A DNA stretch of 63,986 nucleotides, the filler included, from Gonapodya sp. JEL0774 (lineage: Eukaryota), in the NCBI GenBank assembly GCA_027604505.1. It is 9 parts of 9 records of this genome, joined end to end, with 100 filler letters (N's around TTAATTAATTAA, not from the genome) between each part and the next. Parts side by side here need not be neighbours in the genome. Positions count along the whole stretch, not along the records: positions 21,928 to 29,119 come from JADIIX010000524.1; positions 29,220 to 36,406 come from JADIIX010000525.1; 7 more parts are not named here. One strand, given 5' to 3'. Below are positions 21,928 to 34,326 of the stretch, one piece after another. How positions within the stretch are numbered: position 1 is the first letter of the stretch; every line of letters starts with the position of its first letter. Position numbers and translations under genes: made by a program. Under the pieces are notes generated by a model. It did no database searches. It saw only the letters and a list, made by a program, of their open reading frames with translations, and was not told the DNA's origin.

Positions 21928-22704
21928 GCTGGCGGTAACGCCTCGAAGCTCGCCAAGATGTGAGTGTGTGGATCTGGTGGCGAGGAACGTGAAGGAGTCT
22001 GGAGGCACCGGCGCGAACACTGGCAGCTCGGACTGTGGACGAATCAGTTCCCATCACTCAAAGTGGCCCCTCCGGACATCTCTTGCCCGAATCCTGGGTA
22101 TAATGGAAGTTTTGTCATCCTGGAAAGAACGCTGGAGATGAGAATTGGACCATCTCTTGTGCTGGGACCGATTTTGGGTCGCACTCTCACCGCATCGAGA
22201 CTTCCCGTTCGACCAACGACACTACGGGAACTCACTTCAATTGCACGTAAATGAAATTGGGACCATTTTCACGAAACCGAGGATTCCTCTCTATTTCCCC
22301 GCCGATCATCCTTTCACCTTCTGACGACCACCTCCCACTCCTGCTCCGAACACCTCCTGCCCTCCCATCTACCCCCCGCCCAGCTCTTCCGTCCGCAAAT
22401 CTATCGCCCGCGTCCTTACCGTCATCTCCCAAACCCAACGGGAACAGCTCCGCATTTTCTACCAGGGCAAGAACTTCTTGCCCCTCGACCTGCGCGTGAA
22501 AAAGACCCGCGCCATCCGGAGGAGGTTGACCAAGGGTGAGGCTGGCGCCAAGACGGAGAGGACGATCAAGAGGGAGAGGCACTTTGGGCTCAAAAAGGTG
22601 GGTGATTCTGGTGTAGTCGTGGTCGGCATCGGGTGAGAAATCTTGTTCCTTTTCCACTCGTGGAAAACCTCACTCCCCATCACCAGTACGCCGTCAAGGC
22701 ATAA
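21928..22704 (+). CDS. RPL35: 60S ribosomal protein L35 (uL29), 5'-partial
   Basis: Exons 21928-21959, 22384-22597 and 22687-22704 give [71 protein letters not shown]. Missed by the ORF track. Confidence 0.97.
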
Positions 22705-24246
22705 ACTCTCTCCCTGTCCTCTGGGTTGGGTGTTGTGCTTCTCCATGTCCACAGACGGTAGCGTGTGGGGTGGTCGGGAACGTGTTGTGTTGTATAGCAG
22801 CGAGCTGTAGTTGCCTGCTGCATGTGTTTTTGTCGGTCGTTTGTCCAGGAAAATATGACCCTGCGCACTTATCCATCATTTTGTTCGAGACGGATGTGCT
22901 TCCAGTGGTTCTTGCTACGAGCACTGTGACATCTCAAACTGGGTCTACACTCCGATTTGCGTCGCTTTTTACATGAAAATCCGCCGAACGAGAATACATA
23001 TGGTCGGGTTTAGCTTCAGTGCCTTACCCATCTCTCTCGGCGGTGTTCAGTCGTTCCAGATGTCTGAACTTCTGGTTCCCATTGCACATTTACATGCCAT
23101 CATCCACGTTCAGCAGTTTCACCGACCTTCCCAACGAGATCATCATTTCCATCGGACAATATCTCTCTTTTCGTCTCGTTCTGCCGACATAGGCTCTCAA
23201 CAACTGTCTGGTCGGCGACATTTGTACCCCCCCTGTCCGAGCATCCGACGCCCGCTATGGCCGGTCATACAAGACGCTTGTCTTGGAATCCTGAATATTG
23301 GGATATTCGTCAGCACCGTGTCAACTAAACTAGCAATCGTCCCCCCCAAATTGCAACTTGGAGGAAGGGGCAGCTTTGCCCGGAGTACGGCACATGACCC
23401 TGCCGGATGCGGCAGCAGGTGTCCAGGGAACGTGGAGATCGTTTAAACACCCCTGAAGTTCGGTGTACATCCGACGGAACGGGACTTGGGTGAACTTGCA
23501 GTGGTGACCCTGCCGTGGACCATGGTGAGCCCGCTGATGGAGAAGTCGGGCCACAATCATGACTTGAATGAAGGTTTACTATGTTTGTGCGCAGCAAGGA
23601 CGTGCTGTATCGTACGGTTCCTGCTAGCCCGCTGGCCACCCATCCAGGTGCTCAGTGCATTTGCCGCGAAGGACAAGGGGGGGTCACATGGAAATCGGCG
23701 TCGCTAAACGACGGAGTGGACATTTAAAAGAATCGTAACGCACTCATTTGGGTTCTGTGGAGTGCAATATACTGGGCGATGTCGAACTGTTCACCAACAT
23801 GAAGAAGTCGTGGAAGAGAACAGAAGCGGTTGCGACAGCAGAGAAGGGTGGATTCATGGACGTTCGATACCCCATCTAAAAAGACATTGCCGGTCAAAGC
23901 AATGCGTCAAAGGCGTTATTTGGGTCTGTACATTGGTCTCTGGTGAACGAGCCCTCCTCCGCCGACCCGATCGCCACGACCACATATGCTTCCAAGGTGA
24001 ACTGCTTTCGTTTCTGAATCTGTTTGCATTCTCCCACCAAGAACATTTTTTGTTTCGGTGTCCTGAAGGAGCGGATAATCTTCGCATATGGCATGCCCAG
24101 GCGAACTGAGGCCGGCTGACGCACGCACGCCTGAATGGCGCAACCTCCATTTCGCCGCGCTGCGTCGTCTCCTGCTATTCGCACCATTGTTCTCGTGTTT
24201 ATTCAATCGAGTGACAAAATCACCCACCCGGTACACTAGTCACAAT

Positions 24247-25342
24247 ATGACTGAATCATCAGATCCTTCTGCAGTACCCACCCCCACGACCCCACGCGAT
24301 GTGATCGAATACATGAGTCGCTCTCTCCGTTGTGTCCACAACGTAATCCGGAACGCCACGTTGAATATTATCGCTCGAGCGCAAGAGGTCGTTGGGAACG
24401 TGGAACAAACACCACATTTCTTGAAATACGTGGAGACCTTCATTCAGTTTATCAGAGAGTGCGTTGGAGTTTTCTCGTTCACGTGGTTGTTGAAGTTGAA
24501 GCTCACTTTTACGTGTTGTTCGTTTTGTTCTTGTGTGGTGCTCTGTCTTCCTTGCACGATTCATGGTTGACCCATCATACCCACCTGGCTACCCGTTTCA
24601 ATTTTAGCCACCACCACGAAGAAGATGTTGTGTTTCTTCCTGCGTATGCGATGAAAGGTCTCAATGTGACCCAATACGGGAACGACCACAAAGTGGGTCT
24701 AGTTGGGCATCCCCATGGACTAAAATAATCTCACACAAGCGTTTTAACAATGGACAGGATGTTGATGACATTCTCGACTCCTTCAGTCTGCACATAGTGG
24801 AGTTACAAAAATCACCGAAGCCCGCCGTAGCATATACACCTGCGGCCGCCAGCAAAGTCTCGGGTTTCGCAGAGCAGATCAAGGTAAGTTACAGTTCTTT
24901 TCTTTCTTGTAGCCGGTTTAAGTCTAAGTGGACTGTAATACTTTTAAGAACTTGCTGTTTCCTCACCTTGATCTAGAAGAGAAACATTTATTTAGCGAGT
25001 CGGAGCTTCGAAAGACTTTTTCGCTGGAGGAAGTGCAGGCGATGAAAAAAGTAAGTATATGCCATTAAGCGCGAGAAATTGATTTTACTTCCTAATAAGC
25101 TGAAATTGTTCCCGACGTTGGGGTGATACCTCCAGCTCCTTGACGTGCAACTTCAATCCGAAGATCCTTTTACCTCGCTTCCGTTCCTGATTTACCATCT
25201 TCCACCCTCTGACAGAGAGTGGCTTGTACTGAAGGACGTATCATGGCTAGTTGGTCGAATACTATTGCCGTACGTATTCGCGTGGAGGTGGAGCGGTGCA
25301 TGGAGGTTTGGAACAGAGTGGGCGCCCGCTGGACATATTTGA
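24247..25342 (+). CDS. Hemerythrin/HHE cation-binding domain protein
   Basis: Multi-exon. Motifs VHNVIR, HHHEEDVVFLP, NDH and HLDLEE, plus a C-terminal LLPYVFAWRWSGAWRF typical of fungal HHE proteins. Confidence 0.85.
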
Positions 25343-25596
25343 AAAAATTGCGAGTCATACTGTACGGATTTTTGTTTGAATAGCATCAAATTACATTTCA
25401 GGTGAAACCACAGGTCAGAATCAAGATTGACAAGTATGATGGAGGGTGGGACCCAGGAATTCCCATAGCTGAGACACGCCATTCAGTTGACTAACGACTA
25501 TTCCAGGCTAACATGACATAACCATGGAGTCACTTGCAGGAGTAACCAGATGACGCACAGGTTTTGCGAAATGGAAAGTCCCAATATGTAACAACG

Positions 25597-27117
25597 TTAC
25601 ATCTCCTTCCAACCACTAGACGTCAAAAACAAGCCGCTGTCCACAATCTGACTCCCGAGGGAAGAATTCATCCGTTTTGAGCCAAAAATCACCGAACTCG
25701 AACTTCCACCAAATATCACGCGGCCCCGAAGCACTTTCACCGAGCATCCCCCATCCCAACCGCGCAGGACCAAGGGCCAAGCCTGCTTTTGGCTTTCACG
25801 CCTGAGCCATATCTTCCCTTCCGAAGTCTCTGCGAATTTCGGTATCTCGATCACACACGTATCTGGTACGAGGCTGACAAACGCTGCTAGAATCTTCCCA
25901 ATACGGCAAGCAGAGCTCCCAGGCCGATTGACGTCCTTCATGAGCTCGTATTGTACTGGTTCAACCACTACAAGCCGTCGTAATGAGGGTAAGAGTGACA
26001 ACAGGTCACCAATATTTTGATAGTTGGTGAGGTCGGCAACGGCTTCGGAGCAAGGTAATTGATTGACGACTGGGCCGAGTGCCGAATTAGAGATGCGGAC
26101 ATGGAAGGTGCGAATGTCTGAAAGTGGGCTGACACCACTGAAAGTTGTCAACCTTTCTCCAGTGACGTCGTCCCACAATATTGGGAGTTCTCCAAGCTCG
26201 TCCACGTTTGGAAAAACTTTCCGCGCAGCGAAAAATTGGTTCCGAAGTACTGTATCTATTTGCCGCCAAGGACTAGTTGCAATCAAACTTCTACGGAGTA
26301 CTCCTCCGTCATTTATCACGCTCCGCACAGAGCGAAGCCGCGCATCTGGAACAGAGTTCCGCAGGAGAGTAAGGTCACGATCGTTTGAGTCATTAACGGG
26401 CAAAAACATATTTCCTTGCAGATACGAGGCCGTTGGGAATCTCGTGAGTACGTTTTGAACACTTCTGATGACATTGTCGTCAAACGCAGAGGTGAGGAGT
26501 GTACCAATAACAACAACCCGCTCCACTGATCGCATTACACCGTCCTCTGAAAATCCCTCTAGCAAATTGAAGTATTCCGCGACAGCCTGAAATTCGCGAA
26601 CGGCGAGCGCGTTCCCAAAGTCAAACATTTTTGCCATTGCATCCACCGGTAATCTTTCCGGCGTGATCGCGAGAATGCTTTCTCTGAGAACTACCACGTT
26701 CCCCAATCGCCTCTGCACAACTGTTGCATCCCAAGCGAAAGGGGTGTTTCTTGATGTCATTGAAGCGGTGACGGCTGATCTGAGGAGTTCGTTCAAGGCC
26801 GGTACATTGGCCGGGATTGTACCAGGAGTGACAACAACGGTTGCGAAAATGGCGCTCCAGAGTGAACTCCCGGTTCTTGGATCGCGAATAGTTTGGAACT
26901 CGTCCAATATGGGGAGTACTTTACAGACCGTTCCCCGCCCACGATTCACGAAGACGAATTTACAAATCACATTGACGGTGTCTCCGGGACATCCTGGAAT
27001 AGCGCTCAAGGCGCTGTTATGAAATTTCCGGGAGAGCCGGAGAATAATGGAGTAGAAGGTCCGAGGTGGGAGCAAGCGGAAGACTTTGTGGAGAACTTCG
27101 AGCGGGAGGGCATTCAT
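25597..27117 (-). CDS. F-box domain protein (about 506 aa, intronless)
   Basis: N-terminal MNALPLEVLHKVFRLL..LRLSRKFH followed by a long uninterrupted ORF with degenerate LRR-like segments. Confidence 0.8.
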   Translation of the reverse strand: MNALPLEVLHKVFRLLPPRTFYSIILRLSRKFHNSALSAIPGCPGDTVNVICKFVFVNRGRGTVCKVLPILDEFQTIRDPRTGSSLWSAIFATVVVTPGTIPANVPALNELLRSAVTASMTSRNTPFAWDATVVQRRLGNVVVLRESILAITPERLPVDAMAKMFDFGNALAVREFQAVAEYFNLLEGFSEDGVMRSVERVVVIGTLLTSAFDDNVIRSVQNVLTRFPTASYLQGNMFLPVNDSNDRDLTLLRNSVPDARLRSVRSVINDGGVLRRSLIATSPWRQIDTVLRNQFFAARKVFPNVDELGELPILWDDVTGERLTTFSGVSPLSDIRTFHVRISNSALGPVVNQLPCSEAVADLTNYQNIGDLLSLLPSLRRLVVVEPVQYELMKDVNRPGSSACRIGKILAAFVSLVPDTCVIEIPKFAETSEGKIWLRRESQKQAWPLVLRGWDGGCSVKVLRGRVIFGGSSSSVIFGSKRMNSSLGSQIVDSGLFLTSSGWKEM

Positions 27118-27570
27118 TGAACTGATGCCAGAGACAGCGGCGCGAAGGTGACTGCGGCAGTGGGATATCACAGATTGAAGGAGAACAGTCCAGAATTTTG
27201 TTGCGTTGCAGGAGGGCAGCCAAGGTACGAACGGGTGGCCCCGTGCACCCTGAGCGGGGCCTGGCTTACCTTGTGTGCGCCTGCCCTTCCCCACATTCTC
27301 GCCAACGTCATCTCAGGTGGGAATGGTTGGGGAAGCAGTGGCCGGGGACTTTCGACATGCTCGCCAACGTCGTCTCAGCTGGAGCAACAGCTTGGTTTTT
27401 TGAATTTTGTTGTGATGGCATGCTTCACTGACCAGCTCAGGCCGCACATTCAAATCCTCCAGGAACTACGCGAGAAATTGCAGTACCAACTGTATATCAA
27501 CCATACTTACAGTCTCACATACATGTCCAACATACACAAAACAACGCAGGTTCACCCGTCGTAGCTTCCA

Positions 27571-29119
27571 TCATGGTCCTCCAGCACCTGCCACCTTCTC
27601 CACGAAATTACTGGGAAACAGTCCCCTCCTCTTCCGACCTTTTTCGTCAAGCGTCTCTCCTTCCCACCACCCATCATCCTGTTGGTCGATGACGGGAATG
27701 AACTGGCCCTTTTGAATAGGGAGCTCTTCGTAGGCTTGTGGAGCATAGTTATATAGGACACGGACTACAGCGATGGAAGGTATTGTGCGAAACATAAGTG
27801 GGGCACCGAATAGCAGATTGGAACGTGGAAAAGAGCGGCAGCGCTTACCATAAAACATCACCGACTTCGCCACCGAGAAATCATATGGATCGTACTCAAA
27901 CAAATCTTCCTCCTCGCTCCCGCTTCCCTCGGGTCCGCCAGGAGATTGGGCCTGCTGCGTCTGCTGTTGCTGCTGCACAGGAGACGTCGGTCCACTCGGT
28001 TGCACGTTAGACTGAGAGTAGGAACCACCGTAGCTTGACTGATTGGATGCCTTTGAGACTGAGGCAGAGGGGGCGGCGGAATAGGACTGAACAGCAGGGA
28101 GAGGGGAGATCGCGAGAGGACCGTAATTTGGTGGTGCTGCGATGAGAGGGGGAGAGGAGTGGATAGAGGTGTCAGGATGGATGGAACAAAGTCTTTCCAA
28201 GCCGACCGACGTTTTCATTTTCAGTGCTAACCTGGTACGTCGCTTCCTGTCCCTTTCTGCTTCGCCACAGTCATGAGATCTGCTTCAATGTCGCATTTCT
28301 CCAGCTGAACGCGAATCCGCTCACATCCTTCGTCATCCGCGACGCAGGCAGTGGAGAAGAGGTTGGCATAGTTCCAGAGGGAGGAGCGGAGGAAGTCTAT
28401 TCGGTCGGATTCGAGCTTTTGGAAAGTCTGCGAAGTGAGGGGAATCCCGGACGTGAAGTTCGGATAAAGTACATGTACACGATGCAAAATAGAACGATTA
28501 TCAAAACAGAAAATTCGCAAGAGAATTGGGACATAGCCGTTCCCTCAGCTGAACATTGTTCGTCGTATCTTCATCGATAACTCTGGTCAAGCAAGGTGTC
28601 ATACTCTCACCGAAGGGGGAAAGCGACCAAGCGTTTCCCGCTCGGCTTCCTAATTAATCGCCTGCTCTACGCCCTCATGTGCGTCCTCTTCCTTTCTTCT
28701 GTTCCCATTGTAATCATCGGTCACCGGTCGCTGCGAGACTCACCTCACAGGCGCCCCTCCACTCCTCTTTCCACTTCGTATGCGCCTCGTTCATTTTTCC
28801 AACCGTTGCTTGGTAGTCCCTTTCAACTCCGAGGATTTGGTCGTATTGGGATTGAGAAGGAGGTTGGCGGGACTGAATGGCACAAGCGTGCGCGACGTCA
28901 ATATTGGGAGAGTGCAACACAAGAGAACCAAGTCAGTGGAAGGACAAGACAAAAAGAGAAAATTTTCGTTGAGTGAGGATCGGGCGGGGCGCAGGATCAG
29001 GCCAGTACTCGTGGGAGTGCCTCATAGTAAGCAAGATCGCCAGGCAAGGCCACTCACCCTATCTGCAACAACTTGGTTCCACTCTTGCACTCTCCGCTCA
29101 AAGTTGGTTCGTGATTGGG
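27571..29119 (-). CDS. F-BAR plus SH3 protein (Hof1/Cdc15/PSTPIP-like), 5'-partial
   Basis: WKEEWRGACE|FQKLESDRIDFLRSSLWNYANLFSTACVADDEGCERIRVQLEKCD..KGTG (F-BAR end) and VRVLYNY..EEL..DDGWWEG..RGLFPSNFV (SH3). Confidence 0.92.
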
Positions 29120-29219
29120 NNNNNNNNNNNNNNNNNNNNNNNNNNNNNNNNNNNNNNNNNNNNTTAATTAATTAANNNNNNNNNNNNNNNNNNNNNNNNN
29201 NNNNNNNNNNNNNNNNNNN
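29120..29219. other. Artificial contig spacer
   Basis: 44 N + TTAATTAATTAA + 44 N. Confidence 0.99.
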
Positions 29220-30162
29220 ACCACTAGCCACTCATTTATCAAAGTGGAGCGGACACTTTCTCTCTCAAAACAATCTGGGACTTCTCTCTCACCGAGTACC
29301 CTCTCGTGAACATTTCCGCTGCCAGAATTTTTACGTACTCGGGCAACGACCTCTCAAAAGATTTCGCCGACAAGGAGTTTCAAGATGCCGACTATTACTA
29401 CCAGGTAACCACATACAAGCGTCGCAACTACAAATGGATTATCGTCAGTGGAGCGCCTGCCAATGATTATCTGGCCGATACGCTCGTGCTTCAAGAGCGA
29501 CTGGCGACCCAACTTCAGGAAGCGAATCGTAACGTCATCATCATTGGTGAGTCGACTTTCAGATTAACATACGCGAGCATCTTCCAATCACACGCTATTT
29601 CGTGCCTCCGCTATTCTATCCACTGTGAACTTCAGCAATGTCCATCTTCGCAGTCATGTGCATCCTCTCCGCCATCATCACCGAGTTTTGGATGATCATC
29701 CCGATCAACCAAATGCTATTAGTGATTGAAAAAGGTATAGCCAAGACCCCCTTTCATAGAATTAACGGTTACTGTCCGATAAGCACATGTCCTCCCGCTT
29801 AATTTCCTCCAGCACGGAAGTTCGACTTCACGGCGGTACGAGACCCAAACTTCATACACGGCCGCTTCTCTGGTATTGTCGAGTTTCAAAACATCCAAGC
29901 GAGGTTCTTGGACATGCTGCACGTGTTTGCCCAGGCACTGAAACGTAAGTCCAAAGTGGCGTGTAGAGGCTCAACATGGCGAGCAAGTTACCAGAGGTGT
30001 TCAACACTTCTCACTTGGCTGTACAGAAAACAAGGCTCTCATAGCGGGAAGTGCGAGTGTCAGGAGCAATCCTACTACAGGTGCCAAACGGCCAAGCGAT
30101 GTAGTCAACAACCCCTTGCTCGCGACACCGCGATAGGGGGGCCTGACGAGGGCGAGAGGTGA
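29220..30162 (+). CDS. C-terminal part of a membrane sensor-like protein (Cache-like end, TM helix, HAMP-like segment), 5'-partial
   Basis: YKWIIVSGAPANDYL, then hydrophobic AIFAVMCILSAII..IIPINQM, then FDF..SGIVEFQNIQARFLDMLHVFAQALK. The 3' end is uncertain. Confidence 0.55.
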
Positions 30163-32478
30163 GAGGCGGGGAGTGTATGTGATATGTGACAGGGAGTTTG
30201 ATACGATGGTGAAGTCAGCGATGGAAGAAAAGTAGGGATGGAGCGATAGTACAGCGGGCGCGGGTGACTGCAGGTTGGCGTTTGCAAAACGTCACAAACC
30301 ACATCTGTAGTGTGTATAATATTCTTATGAATGATTATTGCAAATATACTGCTAGCGCACAGACGAAAGAATCTCATTCTGCTTATGCGCTGATCCCTTA
30401 TCACCGGGGTCACATTCGGTGATGCGATGCAGTCGTCAGCAAATACATCCAGCCGCTCAACAGGGGTTAAATGGAGCTGATACTTTGGATCAATAGCGAA
30501 AACAAACGTGCCATTTTGGGTGATCGTGAAAACTTCACCCACTACCTCCACAACCATTTTGTCTTTTCAACAAAATGTCCGGTACTGTGAGTTTCCCGGA
30601 TCCGATCGATCCATGTCACCTCATACGCCTTCACTACTGGTCTCCGACGAGCGTTGCTGAACAGCTCTGCTTCGTTCGTCCGACTCGAATGGATCTGCTT
30701 CGAACCGACAATACGCTCCATCGTTCGCATTTGGGACACGCTCGTCCGATACCAGACTCTCTCCGCGTCGATACTGAACATGAAGGTGATTGATACGTAC
30801 TGCGACCTGCACGGGATGGGGTGAAAGCTGACCGCGCTGTCACTCGTTCCCTTTTCGCGGACAAAATCAGTTTATGAGGGACGGAGCGGCTTCTCTCGAA
30901 GCTGAGGCCACCCTCGAAGCGCAACGGAGGCAGGCGAAAGAGGCAGAATGGGTCTTGGATGGCTTAGACCTGGGATCCTTCGCGGTGAATGGGGGGAGTT
31001 CGCGGGGGGGTCAAGGGTGAGTGCGTCGTTGGAAACCCTGCCAATGTGAACGTTGCTTTTCAACTGCACTGAGTTCGCCAATTGATTAGCGGCCCGGTCA
31101 TCGAAGAGAACTTGTCTTATCTTTCGTTCTTACCGGCTCTTGAGCTTGGTTCCAGGGCGCCTTCTCAGAGTGCTCGCGCGACCGCTGCTCTGGGACGTAA
31201 ATCGTTTCAAGACTACAATAAGGACGTGCAGGTACACCGCAGCGTGATCCATTCTTTTGTTTGCGGATATGCAATGAGTGTGTTTCATGGTCACGTAGCG
31301 ACTCTCCGAACCTTCCCCAACACCCGTCCTCCCAAAGTCTGCTTCTTCAGACTCTCTTCCCACGCCATCGTCTCTCTCTGGTCGAGATTCCAACCAAGCA
31401 ATGCGAGGAAAGCGATTCCAACCAGGGGAAAGTGGCCTCAAAGGCGGAAACCGTAAGAAACAGCGGGTCACTTTCGAAGCTCGTGATGACGGTGGGGATG
31501 GCACGAGTCCGACAGCGCGTCCCTCGTCTTCATCAGGCGGTAAGCAGCAAACGACTTTGAGAGATGTTCGGAAAACTGAGAAGTCTGGTGGAAAGAAAGG
31601 CGGAGCCGCCGGCAGTGGACGAGCAGGGAGTCGTCCAGGTGAGAAAGGACGCTCGGAGGAAAAGCAACCAAAAGACCCGCAAGGATTCTGGAAACCGAGT
31701 TAGCTTGTCGTTAGTACACTGTTGGAGCACAGGCGATAGAAGCCGACACCACCATTCGAGAACGTGCACCAGAAAAAATTCTCGAGACAAGCTACAATGT
31801 AAATATTTCGATTAGCCTCAATACCACTGTGTGATGAAACACAGTGCACTACGAAGTGGCTTCAAGAACATTGTTCCGTGCTGCAGATCCTATCGTTTCG
31901 ACCAGATTTGAGACCGGTCAAGCCACGCGATTAGAGTCGGGCTGTCGAGGTTTGGTGGTGCCATGCTCTGTTGGTACGGTAGGTGCCATTGGAGCGTTAC
32001 CGTTTGTCCGAAGGTGACCTTCAGGGTTGGGTTGAAATGGAGTCCACATGCGCGCACGACGGCCCCACAATGCTCTGTCAAGAACAGACTAAGAGAGTAT
32101 CACAGCACCTGATTCCGAACATACATCAAGTCTGGATTGGTAGTTGTAAGGAGGATACTTGGAACTGAGTCGCCAGGCGGCCCCCTTACACATTTGGAGA
32201 TTCGTCCAACCCCGGCCCCTCCCGTGCTTTACCATTTCATAGCTCTCACTCAACCTTAACCTTCCTCTGCCCCATGACTCTCTGCGCCTCGCAATGTATG
32301 AGTCACACGCTCTTGAACATCTTTACGGTCTGTGGACAAGGGTCGGGATTGGGACGAAGCCCCTCGATCGATCACTCACCGGCCTCATGTTCATTCTCGC
32401 GTTTCCCAGTCCCCATTCACCGCAATGACTCATCATCGCCCCTCCACGCGATCAAACCACCCGCGATGGACACGCAGC

Positions 32479-34326
32479 ATGAACTGTGCACATTCACTTC
32501 CCGCTTCCTTTCCACGTCCCAACCTTCGTGCACTCATTCTCCTGCTCTCAACCGCAGCACTCGTCCACTGTCATCGCTCTTCCCCAATCCAGCGCCAGTA
32601 CATTGTCGTGCTGAAGTCTGACTGCACATTTGTCGATGATTCCGGTTTTCAGTGGTTGCAGCAGTTGGTTCAAAGTCCTCTCAATCCTGCATCCGCTCTC
32701 TCCAACCCTCCATCACCAGAGCAACATCCCTTGCCCACCACATCATCCGTCCTGCGCTACATCTCCATCCCTCACGACTCCTCGCACACACCTCCCTCCG
32801 TTCTCCTCTCCCTCTACCCCCACCACTCACACCGCGCCTCTCATTTCCGCGCTGCAACAGTGCGCATCGCTTCCCCTCGAACCCTTCGCGCCCTCAAAGC
32901 TCATCCGGCTGTCGATTACGTGGAGCAGGACCGTAGGGTCTGGTTGGACTACTCTGATCTCGGTCCGGGTCCCGACATATTTTCGGCGTCGGATGGACTC
33001 CAACACAAAGCGCTCCTCCCCGAAGATCACGAGCAAAACGCCGAGCAACAATACCACAGTGATGGCTCGGACAGTGCCACCTCCTCTCCTCCGTTCAACC
33101 GCCGCTTTCACACCACCGCGACCCAACCCGCCTGCACATGGAACCTGGCGCGGATCTCAAGCCGCCTCGTCGTCTCCCCACCCTACACCTACTCTTACGG
33201 CCGTCTCGCTGGTTCCGGTGTCGATGTATACATCGTCGACACGGGTCTCTTTGGAAATCATTCCGAGTTCGGGTACGGGAGCCGAGTTGGCCCGGGCAAG
33301 AGTTTCGTCACCTCCGAAGGGGACGGAACGAACGACGGGAACGGACACGGGACCCATGTGGCAGGTAGGCTCACGTACTTTTGTCCGTTCAAAAGCCTGC
33401 GCTTTCCGCCTAGTTACGCTCTTCGATCTCTTTCCCCGTCTCCCATCAGGCATCGCCTCCGGCACAACATACGGCGTTGCCAAGAGCGCCACCATCATCC
33501 CCGTCAAAGTACTCGACAAGCAAGGTTCGGGCAGTTGGAGCGACATTATAGCGGGTGTGGCGTGGGTCGCCCAGCAGGTGAAACAGTCTGGGAGGAAAAG
33601 TGTCGCCAAGTGAGTCCACAAACCAAGTCGCGCGTCCTCATCACTTGCGCTCGTTGCAGACTCCCAAAACCCCACCCTCAGTCTCTCCATCACAGGACCC
33701 ATGCTAAACTCCCTGACCGCGGCTCTCTCCTCCTGCATCGCACTCTCCGGTGTGCACTTCTCCCTCGCCGCCGGGAACTCCGCCTCAGACGCCTGTCTGT
33801 ATAGCCCAGGCAGTGCGAGTAACGTGGGAGGGATTGTGGTGGGGAGTGTGAACAGCAAGGTGAGAGCTCCCACTCAGCACACCCGGCGGTGTCACCGGAG
33901 GTGGAATTCGGGTTCCCCCCGTCGCTCACACCCCCCTCCCCCACACTCACGCCCACGCGACACACTCACCGACCCTCGACCCCTCTCAAGGACCAAATCT
34001 CCTCCTTCTCCAACACCGGCCCCTGCGTGACCCTGTACGCCCCGGGCGAATCCATCCTGTCCTCTTCCCCGGCCTCCCCCCTGGCCACCCGCATCATGTC
34101 CGGCACCAGCATGGCGGCCCCCCATGTTGCGGGCGTGCTGGCGCTCGGGTTGAGTTATCGGAACGGGGGTGTGGCGACGGGAGGACAAGGTGTGGGACCG
34201 GGACCCAGGGAGATGAGGAGCGTGGTGTGTGGGGTGGCGACGAGGGGGGTGATCGGTGGAACTGCGGCGGTTGGAGGGGAGAAAATGCTGTACGGGTATT
34301 GGGCGAAGGTGGGGGTGGTGGGGTAG
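32479..34326 (+). CDS. Secreted subtilisin-like serine protease (S8A, proteinase K type) with I9 propeptide
   Basis: Signal-like [11 protein letters not shown]9 motifs YIVVLK and [10 protein letters not shown]. Catalytic motifs [19 protein letters not shown] and [13 protein letters not shown] across three introns. The start codon is uncertain. Confidence 0.96.

Noticed and set aside
22232..22657. 141-aa minus-strand ORF and the overlapping 82-aa plus-strand ORF
   Set aside because: They are antisense and off-frame shadows of the RPL35 exon.
30300..32170. Fragmentary ORFs on both strands between the sensor-like gene and the subtilisin
   Set aside because: They may be real genes, but I recognise no domain and cannot build a consistent spliced model.
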